From Eledone cirrhosa (taxonomy: Eukaryota), in assembly GCA_964016885.1 (NCBI GenBank), contig OZ024743.1, positions 201,810,001-201,874,000 of the forward strand: a stretch of 64,000 bases of DNA. The letters run 5' to 3'. Below the pieces are notes generated by a model that searched no databases, was not told the DNA's origin, and saw only the letters and a list, made by a program, of their open reading frames with translations. Position 1 is the first letter of the stretch; each line of letters begins with the position of its first letter. A program made the translations under genes and the position numbers. This document shows, in pieces, positions 1 through 12,442 of the stretch.

Positions 1-150
1 GTTGCATCCGCTTCTTTTATCATTGATAATTTTTTCGTTTTAATATTAATTGTTTTTTGTAGTTGTTTATATTAAAAATCTTACTGTAATATTTACTTAA
101 ACGAAGGCAAACATCTAAACTTATAGATTAATCTTGAGCGAAGGACTAGA

Positions 151-206
<56 letters not shown>

Positions 207-594
207 AACGAAGAATGATAAAATTTCAAGCAAAGAGTTTAATTAGGTATATTTTGTAATATTATTAACTAATTATTATAATTAACGCGCATATTTTGCT
301 ATCCTCAAACACGTTTACACATGGCATGAAATATAACTAATCCGGGATGGCTAGGTTTCATCTTCTAACTGGATAAACGAAATCCATTATGTCTTGACAA
401 CAACATGAGGTAACATTATGTTATTCACAGACACACTTTGTACACTGTTCCATATCAGAATGTATTTCCTTCGTCACATTCACAAACAGTATTGAAAATA
501 TGTTCTTCGGCAAATAAAAATGTTTTGTTCATAATATTTCAACTAGCGATTGCTCTACTTCACGCACGACCACCATAAATTAATGACCAGCTCA

Positions 595-775
595 ACACAA
601 GTATTGGTAGAGCGTCAGACACCATGCTTTGCAGTATTGTTATGGTCCTTTGCATTCTAAGTTCAAATCCTGCCGAGGTTAACTTCGACTTTCATACTTA
701 CTAATTCGATAAAATAAAGTACCAGTAATGGACTGCCGTAATGGATTTGTGCCGAAAAATAGAAACACTATTAAT
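595..775 (+). mobile_element. tRNA-derived SINE, family A (degenerate)
   Basis: B-box-like GTTCAAATCC followed by the family core (gaggttaact...tttcat...gataaaataaagtaccagt...gtgcc...tagaaac); about 9 other copies in the window. Confidence 0.7.
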
Positions 776-1323
776 GTGCAATAAGAGCAAAATATAACGA
801 CATTGCTCAATTATTTTATCTAATGTTGTAATAACACAAGGAAATGTTGTTTGTGTATTTTTTTTTATATTTGCTCATAGGCTTTTACAATTTCGCTCAG
901 CCAACAACTATTAAAAAGTGAGTTGCTTAAGATAACAATTTAATCACAAATTGTTGCTATCTTTTAATACACTCCAACAAGTCATCAAATTATGTACAAT
1001 AAAAACAAATCTTATTAATTTGCTCAGGGAATATAAAGAAAATGTATATACACTGATAATTGCAAATGTATGTAAATATTTTGTTTTTGTATTGTATATT
1101 TTATGTTTTCTATTATGTATAATATATTGATTTAATATTGATTGTTTTTTGTAATTGTTTATATTAAAAGTCTGAAAATATTTTTATACATCTTACACTA
1201 ATATTTATAAGATAATTTATAATAACAATTACATAATCTAATTACATTACAACGATAATTTATTATTAATATATATCCTGTTTAACTAGAGTTATTACAA
1301 GCGTTGCCTTAAAAAAATATTAA

Positions 1324-2280
1324 ACTAGACATGAAAAATGCGCAAGCTCAAAAGTGCCACAGAATGTTATAATAAACCTTCAAAAGTGTGGGACTAGAGT
1401 TGTTGCTAAAAAATATTGTAATCATTATATATCGTACATTCTGTGGCATCCTTTATAAAAATAGCTTAAACCAACGAAGCCTTTATTTTTACGTTATTTC
1501 ACTTAGTTAATTCTTAGAGTGTAACATATAAAAATAAATACATCTATGTTTAATGTAATAACAGCTATAAATAATTACGTAATATTATTATCATATACTC
1601 ATAGTAACAAAATAATTGTGTTGAAACTTAATATGATGCTTATATGAACGATCAAATCTATAATGATAATTTCTTAAATATACTAATAGTAAAATAATTT
1701 AGTTATCTATTGTTACATTTTCATAGAACTATAATATTAACAATCGTATTGCATTATCAAATTTTTATCACTACAAACTTTCATATTGGAATTACCTTAA
1801 GCCACTTATTATTACTTCGCTTTCGTACTTTTACAGCTGTAGATATTGCGCTGTATCTTATATCTAATATCAATATCTCGTGGTAATTTGCATGAAGTGT
1901 AAAATAGGTTTATTAATAACTTGAATATGAAATGTATTATACAGGGCTGCGGAGTCGGTCAAAAATTGACTGGCTCCAACTCAGGATCCGATACTCCATT
2001 ATTTCCTAAATTTCAGCTCCGCAGCTCTGTTATTATATTAATTAATTTATTTTATAGTTGTAAATCATATTTTTATATGTTACACTCTAAGAATTAACTA
2101 AGTGAAATAGCGTAAAAATAAAGGCTTCGTTGGTTTAAGCTATTTTTATAAAGGATGCCACAGAATGTACGATATATAATGATTACAATATTTTTTAGCA
2201 ACAACTCTAGTCCCACACTTTTGAAGGTTTATTATAACATTCTGTGGCACTTTTGAGCTTGCGCATTTTTCATGTCTAGT
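1324..2280. mobile_element. Foldback/MITE-like element with ~213-bp near-perfect terminal inverted repeats
   Basis: 1324-1536 is the reverse complement of 2068-2280 (about 1 mismatch); AT-rich spacer; right end abuts a (TA)n tract. Confidence 0.65.
1942..2029. mobile_element. Small hAT-type MITE
   Basis: TIRs CAGGGCTGCGGAG ... CTCCGCAGCTCTG; 8-bp TSD gtattata/ttattata (1 mismatch). Confidence 0.7.
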
Positions 2281-2368
2281 ATATATATGTGTATATATAT
2301 AATTACACACATATATATATATATATTAATATATATATGTATATATATGCGTATGTATATGTATATAT

Positions 2369-2417
<49 letters not shown>

Positions 2418-2470
2418 TATGTATGTATGTATATATATATATACATATATGTATATATATATATATGATA

Positions 2471-2506
<36 letters not shown>

Positions 2507-2611
2507 CATACATACATACACACATATATATATATATGTGTATATGTATAATTACACACATATATATATATATATTTTAACATATATATGTATATATATA
2601 TAGATATGCAT

Positions 2612-3062
2612 ATCTATCTATCTAAGGCGGGTAAAATTCCCGATATCCATGGACGAGTTCTCTCCAGCGGTCTCTGTCCCTCATTATCGCTGCCATATCC
2701 TGCATCTCCAACAGACCAGTGTCTGTCCTTAGGGCTTCAACATATGTTAACCTTGGTCTTCCTCTTCTAGTGTGTCCATGTAGGGGCTCCCAAAGGAGCA
2801 CTGAGTGCAATGTCAACTCTGGATGTCGGTGAGCATGTCCAGCCAACCTCAGTCTCCTCTGTGTCACTTTTGAGCTGACTTTTGGGATGCTCCCATACAG
2901 CTCTGAAAATCCGCCTCTTCATTGCTGTAGTGGAGTCTGTGCTGCTGTATGGGTCTGAGACTTGGACACTAACCAAGAGACTCACTCAGATGGTGGATGG
3001 GTGCTACACGAGAATGCTGAGGATGGCTCTGAACATTAATCAGTATACACTGAGGATGAAAG
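2612..3062 (-). mobile_element. 5'-truncated RTE-clade LINE with 5' inversion
   Basis: 2622-2867(-) encodes RRLRLAGH...LLWEP...RGRPRLTY and ends in a (TAGA)n tail; 2882-3060(+) encodes the upstream segment LKIRLF...[15 protein letters not shown]...CYTRMLR on the opposite strand. Confidence 0.85.
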
Positions 3063-3065
3063 ATA

Positions 3066-3217
<152 letters not shown>

Positions 3218-3228
3218 AACACAATATA

Positions 3229-3270
<42 letters not shown>

Positions 3271-3754
3271 TAGATAGATAAATATATACATATACACATA
3301 CATATATAACCTATCGCACAAGTAGACACGCACAAGCAAGCATGTGTATACTAACACACAAGTATATGACACAACAAGCGTACACACAGCCATGCTATAT
3401 GATACAAATGGCATATAGTTAGTACATGTCCTTTTTTTTCTTACAGCCGGATTATATGCGTGTGACTTAATGGTATCCAGAGGCTAGTATATAATTGTAT
3501 ATAGTGCTTTATGCGACTTTCATTTAGTTTTTCCAGTGCCAGAGGTTCTATTATTAAAATACATCTCGAATAAAAAAAAAATACACATTTCTTTTTTATT
3601 TTAGTATTTTAGCTGTCAGTGAATGGGTTTCTTTCAAAGGGATTCCCAACTTTCTATTTCTGAGTGCATGCATATGAATATGTATCTGCATATACATATG
3701 CATATATATATAGAGATATATATATATATATATGTACATATGTATATATGTACC

Positions 3755-3856
<102 letters not shown>

Positions 3857-3990
3857 CAATGAGTTATATGGTTTGTTGATTATTATTCAACAGAGTTAAT
3901 TTTATAATGGATTTGAAGCACTCTACAGTATATATATGTATACAGTATATATATGCAGTATATATATATATATATATACGTATATATACA

Positions 3991-4022
<32 letters not shown>

Positions 4023-4034
4023 TATATATATATA

Positions 4035-4078
<44 letters not shown>

Positions 4079-4079
4079 G

Positions 4080-4266
4080 TAGGTCCCGGGTTGAGTCGGG
4101 GATAACCACAGTAAGTAAGGTACTCAATACATGGCAGAGTAAAATTTTTTTCTTTTATAGAAGGAGCTTCTTGAAGATTTTATAGAAGGAGCTTCCTGAA
4201 GATTTCATCTGAATGAAACAGTACTAGTCCTGTAGAAGCTCCTTCTATAAAATAAAAAAAATAAAA
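4080..4266. mobile_element. Short PLE-type foldback fragment with hammerhead core
   Basis: Inverted repeat tatagaaggagcttc/gaagctccttctata; CTGAAGA-ttca tc tgaa-GAAAC AGTACTA GTC at 4196-4229(+); flanked by (TA)n. Confidence 0.55.
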
Positions 4267-4280
4267 AATATATATATATA

Positions 4281-4790
4281 TATCAAAATGAAAATCCGAA
4301 GGCAAGGTAAAATTCCAATCATTTAATCACGACACATGTTTCAATAAGAGATAGATCGATTGTGAAGCCATGATCGATTATCACTGACCTCATCAGGTGA
4401 AAATGAATTGTCTTCAAATTCTTGATATGAGGGAGAAAAATAACGATGTTCTCTCACAGAATTCATTCCTTCATATTTGAGAGAACATCGTTATTTTTCT
4501 CCCTCATATCAAGAATTTGAAGACAATTCATTTTCACCCGATGAGATCAGTGATAATCGATCATGGCTTCACAATCTATCTATCTCTTATTGAAACATGT
4601 GTCGTGATTCAATGACTAGAATTTTACCTTGCCTTCGGATTTTCATTTTGATACTTATACTCCGTTTTACATCATGTAGCTGTTCCCTTGAATGGAATTG
4701 GAGATATACAAAAGCGTGGAGAACTTAATATTGCTAACATAAAGTTATTGGACCATTTTACACAACCAATAATGCACCTTACTATATAAC

Positions 4791-4793
<3 letters not shown>
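4281..4793 (+). mobile_element. PLE-type foldback mini-element (inverted arms plus 3' tail)
   Basis: Arms 4281-4456 and 4478-4653, unique tail to 4793, (TA)n on both sides, hammerhead in each arm. Confidence 0.75.
4327..4400 (-). ncRNA. Type I hammerhead ribozyme (core intact)
   Basis: TCAC-CTGATGA-[long stem II]-GAAAC ATGT GTC-GTGA; the mirror copy at 4534-4607(+) has CCGATGA. Confidence 0.75.
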
Positions 4794-4860
<67 letters not shown>

Positions 4861-4863
<3 letters not shown>

Positions 4864-5050
4864 TAAGTAAGACCCCGACGGCTGAGCTCAAGCCGTTTCG
4901 ACGGCTAATTCTGTACAGAATTAGCCGTCGAAACGGCTTGAGCTCAGCCGTCGAGGTCTTACTTACTCCTATTACCCACTCTACTACCCTAAGTATTGAG
5001 TACTTTGGTGCGTTATGATCCACCTAGTTCCTTACCACTTTTCCCTCGCT
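4861..5050 (+). mobile_element. Foldback mini-element, family X (108-bp palindrome plus tail)
   Basis: 4861-4968 is a palindrome with 1 mismatch carrying a hammerhead 3' half (GAAAC GGC..GCC GTC GRGGTCTT); tail matches 27536-27605(-) and 48621-48685(-). Confidence 0.75.
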
Positions 5051-5476
5051 ATATATATATAGTGGTAGAACACTGGAAGGTAATATCCGTAGTGGTAGAG
5101 CACTCAGTCCATGGGACGAGTTAGGTAGAAGTGGTCACACAACAGTTAGTTCATCATACCGAGAACAAATGTTTCATCTTAGCGGATCCGCAGCTCGTAA
5201 TGGACATGGTTATACAGAACAGGAAGTTCAACCGTACGAACGCGCATGCGCAGAAACGATCACTTCACACAGGCAATACTAAAATGTGTGCGAGAGGTGT
5301 AAGGGAGATAACTGCGAAAGTCCGAAAAGAATTCTAGTTGATAAGAAAATTAGGATGTTGTAATTTCATCCGGATTTCTATGTAGTTATGTAATAGGTGT
5401 TTCGAGACGTGTGGACAACGTGTGAAGAATTCATTTCTCGTATTTAGGCAATCGCTATTGCATAATATATATATAT

Positions 5477-5800
5477 AAACAATGAGTTATATGGTTTGTT
5501 GATTATTATTCAACAGAGTTAATTTTATAACAGATTTGAAGCACTCTACAGCGGTTTATCTGGAGTATTATTAATATTAACAATATTAATAAATGGAAAA
5601 TATCTTTATAATACTATATTTATTTTATTATACGTATTTCATAACGGTCTTATACTATTAAGTTTACGCTTAGGTATGTCAATATCTTAACACCAAATAT
5701 TATATTTTATCTGATGAAAGCATACTAAAATTTAAATACGTATACTAAAATAAATTTGGTATTATAAAGATACGTTCCATTTATTAATATTATTAATATA
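5477..5800. mobile_element. Degenerate PLE-type foldback with hammerhead remnant
   Basis: Inverted arms ~5570-5640 and ~5735-5800; TATTTTAT-CTGATGA...(T)AAA TACGTA TA at 5703-5752; tail 5477-5551 also present at 3853-3929. Confidence 0.55.
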
Positions 5801-5865
5801 TATATATATATATATATGCATATGTATAAGCATATGTATATATATATTCACACATATATATACAC

Positions 5866-6670
5866 TTGGTGGGGTTGCCAGTTTAGTCGCCGACGACCCG
5901 ACCATGCGACCAAGTTTACTTGGTGAGGAGGGTGATTTTGGACACCCTGCAGGACAAAAACAAAACCTTACAAAGGGCGGAAGAACTGATAAGAGTCAAC
6001 GGCCATCCAAAAATGTGTAAATATGTATATACATATGTACATATGTGTGTGTATGTATATATGTGTGTATATGCCTGGGGTGTCAGGGAGGGGCATGTAC
6101 CTCTGTATGGGGGGGGGGGGGCGCTAGCCATGCCCTTTTCAGGACAGCTCGTCCTGCATAGGGTCCCACCTGACATTCAGCTCTCATCTGTGGCCCCAAG
6201 AAGCTGTAGCATGCGACAGCGGCCACACTCTGGTAAACCGCCTTGGCTGGCGGGCCGAACCAGGTTGAGGGTAGCGGGACGGGTCTGAAACCCCCCGTTG
6301 AGTTAGATAGGGGATGCTTGCCCCTGCATGCGAAGACTGGACCCAGCGGAGTGAGTGGAGGAGGACAACATCGTCCCAACAGTCATGAAGGCGGCGACAG
6401 CAAGTGGCGTGGAGCGCTAGGGCACGACAAGGCACTACAGACGTCGTGGCCATCCACTGCAGCCAAAGAAGTTCCTGGTCGTGACGGTCCTCCGTACCAC
6501 CGGATTCTGGCTTCTGCGGCCGAGTAAGTGGGATCGTCACTGTGTACTGGCCCTCCCACTATAAACCTTTCCCGCACATGTTTCTTCTTTAGCGTGCTCT
6601 CCCAAAGCCCTGCGGCGATGGAGAACTCAAATAAAGAAGATGTCATCATCGTTTACGATGGACAACCAAG
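5866..6670 (+). mobile_element. RTE-like 5' UTR fragments (GC-rich)
   Basis: 5866-6010 matches 15940-16090 and 27003-27153 with its first 45 bp inverted; 6075-6670 is a GC-rich LINE-5'-like segment between microsatellites. Confidence 0.4.
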
Positions 6671-6737
6671 ATATATATACACACACACTCACACACAAAT
6701 ATATATATAATGAGAGAGAGAGAGAGAGAGAGAGAGT

Positions 6738-6768
<31 letters not shown>

Positions 6769-7181
6769 AGCACAGATAGATATGACGCTACTAATTAACT
6801 AGTAGGACCATTATTCAGAAAGTAGAATGCAGATATTATGAGAAAATAGATATGCCCTACGGTGAAGCTTAAATATTTTGCATTGCATAACTAGTAAAGC
6901 TTGACTGTAGGCCATCTCATGTGTAACATATTGATAATAATAATGGTTTCTTATATAGGCACAAAGCCACCAATTTTTGGGGAGGGGAATGTCGGTGTTT
7001 CTGAACTTAGAACGTAAAGGGCCGTAATTATATGCCATAAAGCATTATCAGACACTCCATTAATACTAACACACACATATATATATACAAATTCAGGGAT
7101 ACATGTGAATATATTCATGTATATGTATGTGTTCGCATGTATCTGTGTATTTCTTTATATTGTATATATATATATATATAT

Positions 7182-8121
7182 AAATGGAATAGAATGAAAC
7201 GAAATTTCATTTCTCACTCTTAGTACGTCACTTACTTAAATGTAAGTATGTATTATGTATACGTACATACATATATGTATACAGACGTACAGTAGTTTGT
7301 ATATATATACATACATGCACACGTATATATATATATGCACGTATCGGTGTACCGAACATTTATTATAATGCTCGGTTTGTTTGTAAACAAACAAACAGCC
7401 TGAATTACGCCGTAAAGTGTTTAGGCAACCACGTCACCGTTTTGTTCAACACTGAGACACGAACGACGTACTAGTTTCAAGCTTATTAGCTATCGTCAGC
7501 ATCGTATACCTTCCTGCCAGATGGTTGAACGTCTGAAAGTATATCCTTTCCTTATGCATATTAACGGCTGAGCAGGCTAATTTGCATATCGAGTGAGTTT
7601 AGTCGGCCGGGCGCACCGAAAACGATAAATGGAATAGAATGAAACGAATATGTATGTACGTATACATACATATATACTTACATTTAAGTAACTGCCGTAC
7701 TAAGAGTGAGAAATAAAATTTCGTTTCATTCTATTCCATTTATCGTTTTCGGTGCGCCCGATCGACTAAACTCACTCGATATGCAAATTAAGCTGCTCAG
7801 CCGTTAATATGCATAAGGAAAGTATATACTTTCAGACGTTCAACCATCTGACAGGAAGGTATACGATGCTGACGATAGCTAATAAGCTTTAAACTAGTAC
7901 ATCGTTCCTGTGTCAGTGTTGAACAAAAAGGTGACGTGGTTGCCTACACACTGTACAGCGTAATTCGGGCTGTTTGTTTGTTTACAAACAAACCGAGCAT
8001 TATAATAAATGTTCGGTAAACTGATACGTGCATATATATATGTTTGCATGTATGTATATATATACATACTACTGTACGTCTGTATACATATATGTATGTA
8101 CGTATACATACATACATACTT
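7182..8121. mobile_element. Retrozyme-like hammerhead repeat, two units in inverted orientation
   Basis: ~445-bp unit 7182-7648, then inverted unit 7650-8121; homologous to 16631-17750 and 61925-62596. Confidence 0.8.
7464..7504 (-). ncRNA. Minimal type I hammerhead ribozyme
   Basis: CGATG-CTGACGA-T AGCT aata AGCT T-GAAA CTAG TA-CGTCG; the mirror copy at 7864-7904(+) has GAAA>TAAA. Confidence 0.85.
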
Positions 8122-8135
8122 ATATATATATATAT

Positions 8136-8170
<35 letters not shown>

Positions 8171-8224
8171 ATTAGTATATCTACCAACATATGTATACAG
8201 ATGTATACCCATGCTAGCAAATAT

Positions 8225-8774
8225 ATATGTTATGTCTTAGTACCTTTGTGGTTCTATGCAGGTGGATGCAGAACAATTATATGAAAGACGTAAGATAAGA
8301 AAATTTTAAAAATTAAAAATTAACTTACTAAAATTTTCACTCGAACTAATTAGTTTCTGTAAGGGGATAAATATAGTTACGTAACATAACTATAGAGAAT
8401 TCCTTACGTCATCAGGGTGTCTATTCTCAGCTAAGTTCCCAGGCAATGCGCGGGCACTAGGAACCCTTATAAAAATAATAATTCAGTGGATGGAATAAAG
8501 CTAGCGGGGACTAAATTCCAAAGCACTTTTTTCAGTGCTTTGGAATTTAGTCCCCGCTAGCTTTATTCCATCCACTGAATTATTCTTTTTATAAGGGTTC
8601 CTAGTGTCTGCGCATTGCCTGGGAACTTAGCTGAGAATAGACACCCTGATGACGTAAGGAATTCTCTATAGTTATGTTACGTAACTATATTTATCCCCTT
8701 ACAGAAACTAATTAGTTGCAGTGAAAATTTCAGTAAGTTAATTTTCAATTTTTAAAATTTTCATATTTTACGTC

Positions 8775-8782
<8 letters not shown>
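8225..8782 (-). mobile_element. PLE-type foldback (~249-bp arms) with hammerhead-like motif in each arm
   Basis: Arms 8279-8527 and 8534-8782, tail 8225-8278; CTGATGA-c gtaagg...ccttac a-GAAAC TAATTA GTT at 8646-8717(+) and mirror; stem I degenerate. Confidence 0.7.
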
Positions 8783-8869
<87 letters not shown>

Positions 8870-8960
8870 AAGTAATTCCGTCGGAAAGGTCTAGGAAAAA
8901 AGAGTGCTCTATGTGAATTACAGAGCTTATTAGTTATGTAATAAACAGCATAAGATAATT

Positions 8961-9022
8961 ATTTCATTTACCAGTGGTTTCTTGAAGGTAACCAACATTG
9001 CTTTCATTCATCAGAATGAAAA
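8961..9022 (-). ncRNA. Type I hammerhead ribozyme in inverted pLTR
   Basis: TTTCATT-CTGATGA-stem II-GAAAC CACTG GTA-AATGAAA. Confidence 0.75.
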
Positions 9023-9302
9023 AAATACTAGTGTCTTTATGGACAGTGGATTTGAAAAACAAAAATATAACAGATATGAAAGTGACGCTGGAGGAAATAA
9101 AAAGGGGGAGGGGTAGAATAATAAATAAGAATATCTAACAACACACACGTACACACATTCACGCACACACGCACACACATTCACATATACACACATATAT
9201 ACATATATATATACATATATACACGCATATATACACATATATATACACAGAGACACATATACACACATACACATATATATATATATCCATACATAAACAC
9301 AC

Positions 9303-9383
<81 letters not shown>

Positions 9384-9403
9384 TATATATATATATATAC
9401 ATG

Positions 9404-9477
<74 letters not shown>

Positions 9478-9822
9478 TATACACATACACATACATACAC
9501 ACGCACACACACATATATACATACACACATATATATACATATATGCATACGTACTGACATATAAAAGGATACATATGCACACACACAAATAAGAATAAAT
9601 AATCATAGTAGGCCGTCACATACAAATAAGCAAATAAAAAATAAGGATTAAGAAAATAAAAAATAAAAAATATTATTAAGTTCACAGCGATACAAGACGA
9701 TAAAATTTAAAATAAAAATAAAGATAATAAAAAAAATAATAATAATAATAAATGACCAAACGCACGTGGTAAGCAAATGCACACAAAAACTAAATATATA
9801 TATATATATACACACACACACA

Positions 9823-9907
<85 letters not shown>

Positions 9908-10145
9908 ACATACACACACACACACATATATACATATACTCACACACATACGCATACATATAAATATACAACCACACCCCATACACATAAACACAGCACA
10001 GACATACAAGAGTATATACATACAAATACATATAGACGCACACATAAATGCATACAACCACATACACACATATAGTGTAACAATTTCTTAAAGATAAAAA
10101 CACAAATATAAAAACCATAAAGTTACATACAGAATTAGAAAAACA

Positions 10146-11426
10146 CATTATTTTTCATGCTAGGAAAACTCTACTCTTTACTAATGAAAGTATTTGTGTT
10201 AAAAGGTCAAGCCATGAAAACTCTTTCGATGTTGCAATGGGTTCATATGACAGTGCGGATGTGTGTGACTTAGTAGGATTATTCCTTCTCCACACACTTA
10301 AAGAGAAATTTCCTTCCCATAATATCGGTTTATACCGTGACGACGGATTGGCAGTTTCTCATACCACCAACGGCCATAACCTTGATAAATTCTGTAAAGA
10401 TTTAATCAATACTTTTGCTAATCTTGACCATAAAATTACTATAGATACGAACCTTACCAATGCTAACTTTCTTGACATTAATCTTGATCTACTTACTGCC
10501 TCTTTTAAACTTTATCATAAACCTAACGAGAATCTAAGATATATACACATATAGTCTTGCCATCCCCTATAGTTTTTAAAAATCTTATTCCCAATATAGT
10601 CGTAGGATTTCTACTTTATCTTCTGCTCTAGATATTTTTAATAAAGCTGCCCCTTATTATAATAAAGCCCTTAATAACAGCGGCATTACAGAATAGATTA
10701 CATATTTACCTCCCTCTCCCCCTAAAATTAATCACAATAATAGGAAAAGGAAAATTATTTGGTTTACACCCACCTTCTCTCTAACTGTCAAAACTAATGT
10801 AGGAAGGAAATTCCTTGACCTCCTAGATAAGCATGTTCCCCCTAATTATAGATATTAAAAGATATTTAATAGAAATGTAGTTAAAATTAGTTACTCTTGG
10901 TGCCCATCTATGAATCTAAAATCACCAACTCTGATCGTACGAGAATAAATCCAGGATGCAGTTGCAGAAAGCCGGATGAATGCCCATTACAGGGAAAATG
11001 TAACACCAAATCCGTTGTATATGAGGCCAAAGTAACACCTTTGATTACAACCAGCCAGCCAGGAGTGAACGATATGTTGGTATGACTCAAGACAGGTTCA
11101 AAACCAGGTTTTATGCACATGTCGCTTCTTTTAAACACTCTGATAAAAGAACAGCAACGGCCCTCGCTAATAAAGTGTGGGAATTCAAAGATAATAACAT
11201 CCCGTACTCTATCTATTGGTCTATTTTAGACCATTCGAGGGAATACCAAAGGGGCACAAAGAATTGTTCTTTGTGTATCCCTGAAAAATTTAGAATTCTA
11301 CAGAATTTGAAAGCCACTTCAACTTGCCTTAACTCCAAGATCGAGATCTTTAGATGTTGTCCTCACCTGAAATCACATCTGTTCTGTAACTGTATTGACA
11401 TTCCTACGATGACTCAACCACCTTGA
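10146..11426 (+). pseudogene. PLE (Naiad-like) reverse transcriptase-GIY-YIG remnant, 5'-truncated, with frameshifts and stops
   Basis: MGSYDSADVCDLVG, GLYRDDGL, FLDINLDL, CSCRKPDECPLQGKC, KSVVYEA..VGMT, FKTRFYAH, CSLC..EK, LNSK.E...CPH. Confidence 0.9.
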
Positions 11427-11777
11427 AATTCTTCTTTGCGACGATCGATGACTTAACCACCTTGAACTTCTTTGCTCTTTACGCCTTACATCTACTACGA
11501 TTTTTATTACTCACTGAACTCACTTTCTGTACCCTTATTTTCTCTTTCTCCCTTATCTCCTCTTATTTTTTAACTTTTTCTTGTGTTATTTATTTTCCTT
11601 ATTTCCACCTACTCTCTACCTTATCCTTTACATACCCACCCCCTTTTGATTTTTAGATATTAATTTTACGCGTATGTATGTTGTCGTGTATATGTGTATA
11701 TAAGCGTATGTATATATATATATGTGTGTATATGTATGTATACATTTTTTATATATATGTGTATGTGTATGTATGTG

Positions 11778-11812
<35 letters not shown>

Positions 11813-11895
11813 TTATATGTGTGTGTGTGTATTTTTATTTATGTGGTCTTGTAACTCTTTGTACTTATCTGTGTGTGTATATTAGTGTGTGTGTG

Positions 11896-11984
<89 letters not shown>

Positions 11985-12403
11985 TATATATATTTGTATG
12001 TAGTTGGTTGTGTGTGTCTGTATGGTTTTGTATGTATATGCATAATTACATACAGAGTTTTTAATGCTTTCTTTTATTGATTATTTGCTACAGGAACTGT
12101 TGAGTGCTCTTAATCAGTTATAAATATTTATACCTTTATTTTTTATTTGTCGTATGCCCTACTATTTGAATACCCCTTCCTTCCCTTTATTTTTATTTTG
12201 TGTATGTATGTATATATATGTGTATATGTATATGTATATATTTGTGTATATATGTATGTGTATACATATGCATAATATGCATAAAATATGCATAAAATTC
12301 AAATAAATTTTTATGTATTCCTTTTATATATATATATATATATATATGTGTGTATATGTGTGTATGTATGTATGTGTGTATATATAAATGTGTATATGTG
12401 TGC

Positions 12404-12441
<38 letters not shown>

Positions 12442-12442
12442 T

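Noticed and set aside
5060-5465. Solo LTR
   Set aside because: No clean TG...CA termini, TSD or second copy in the window
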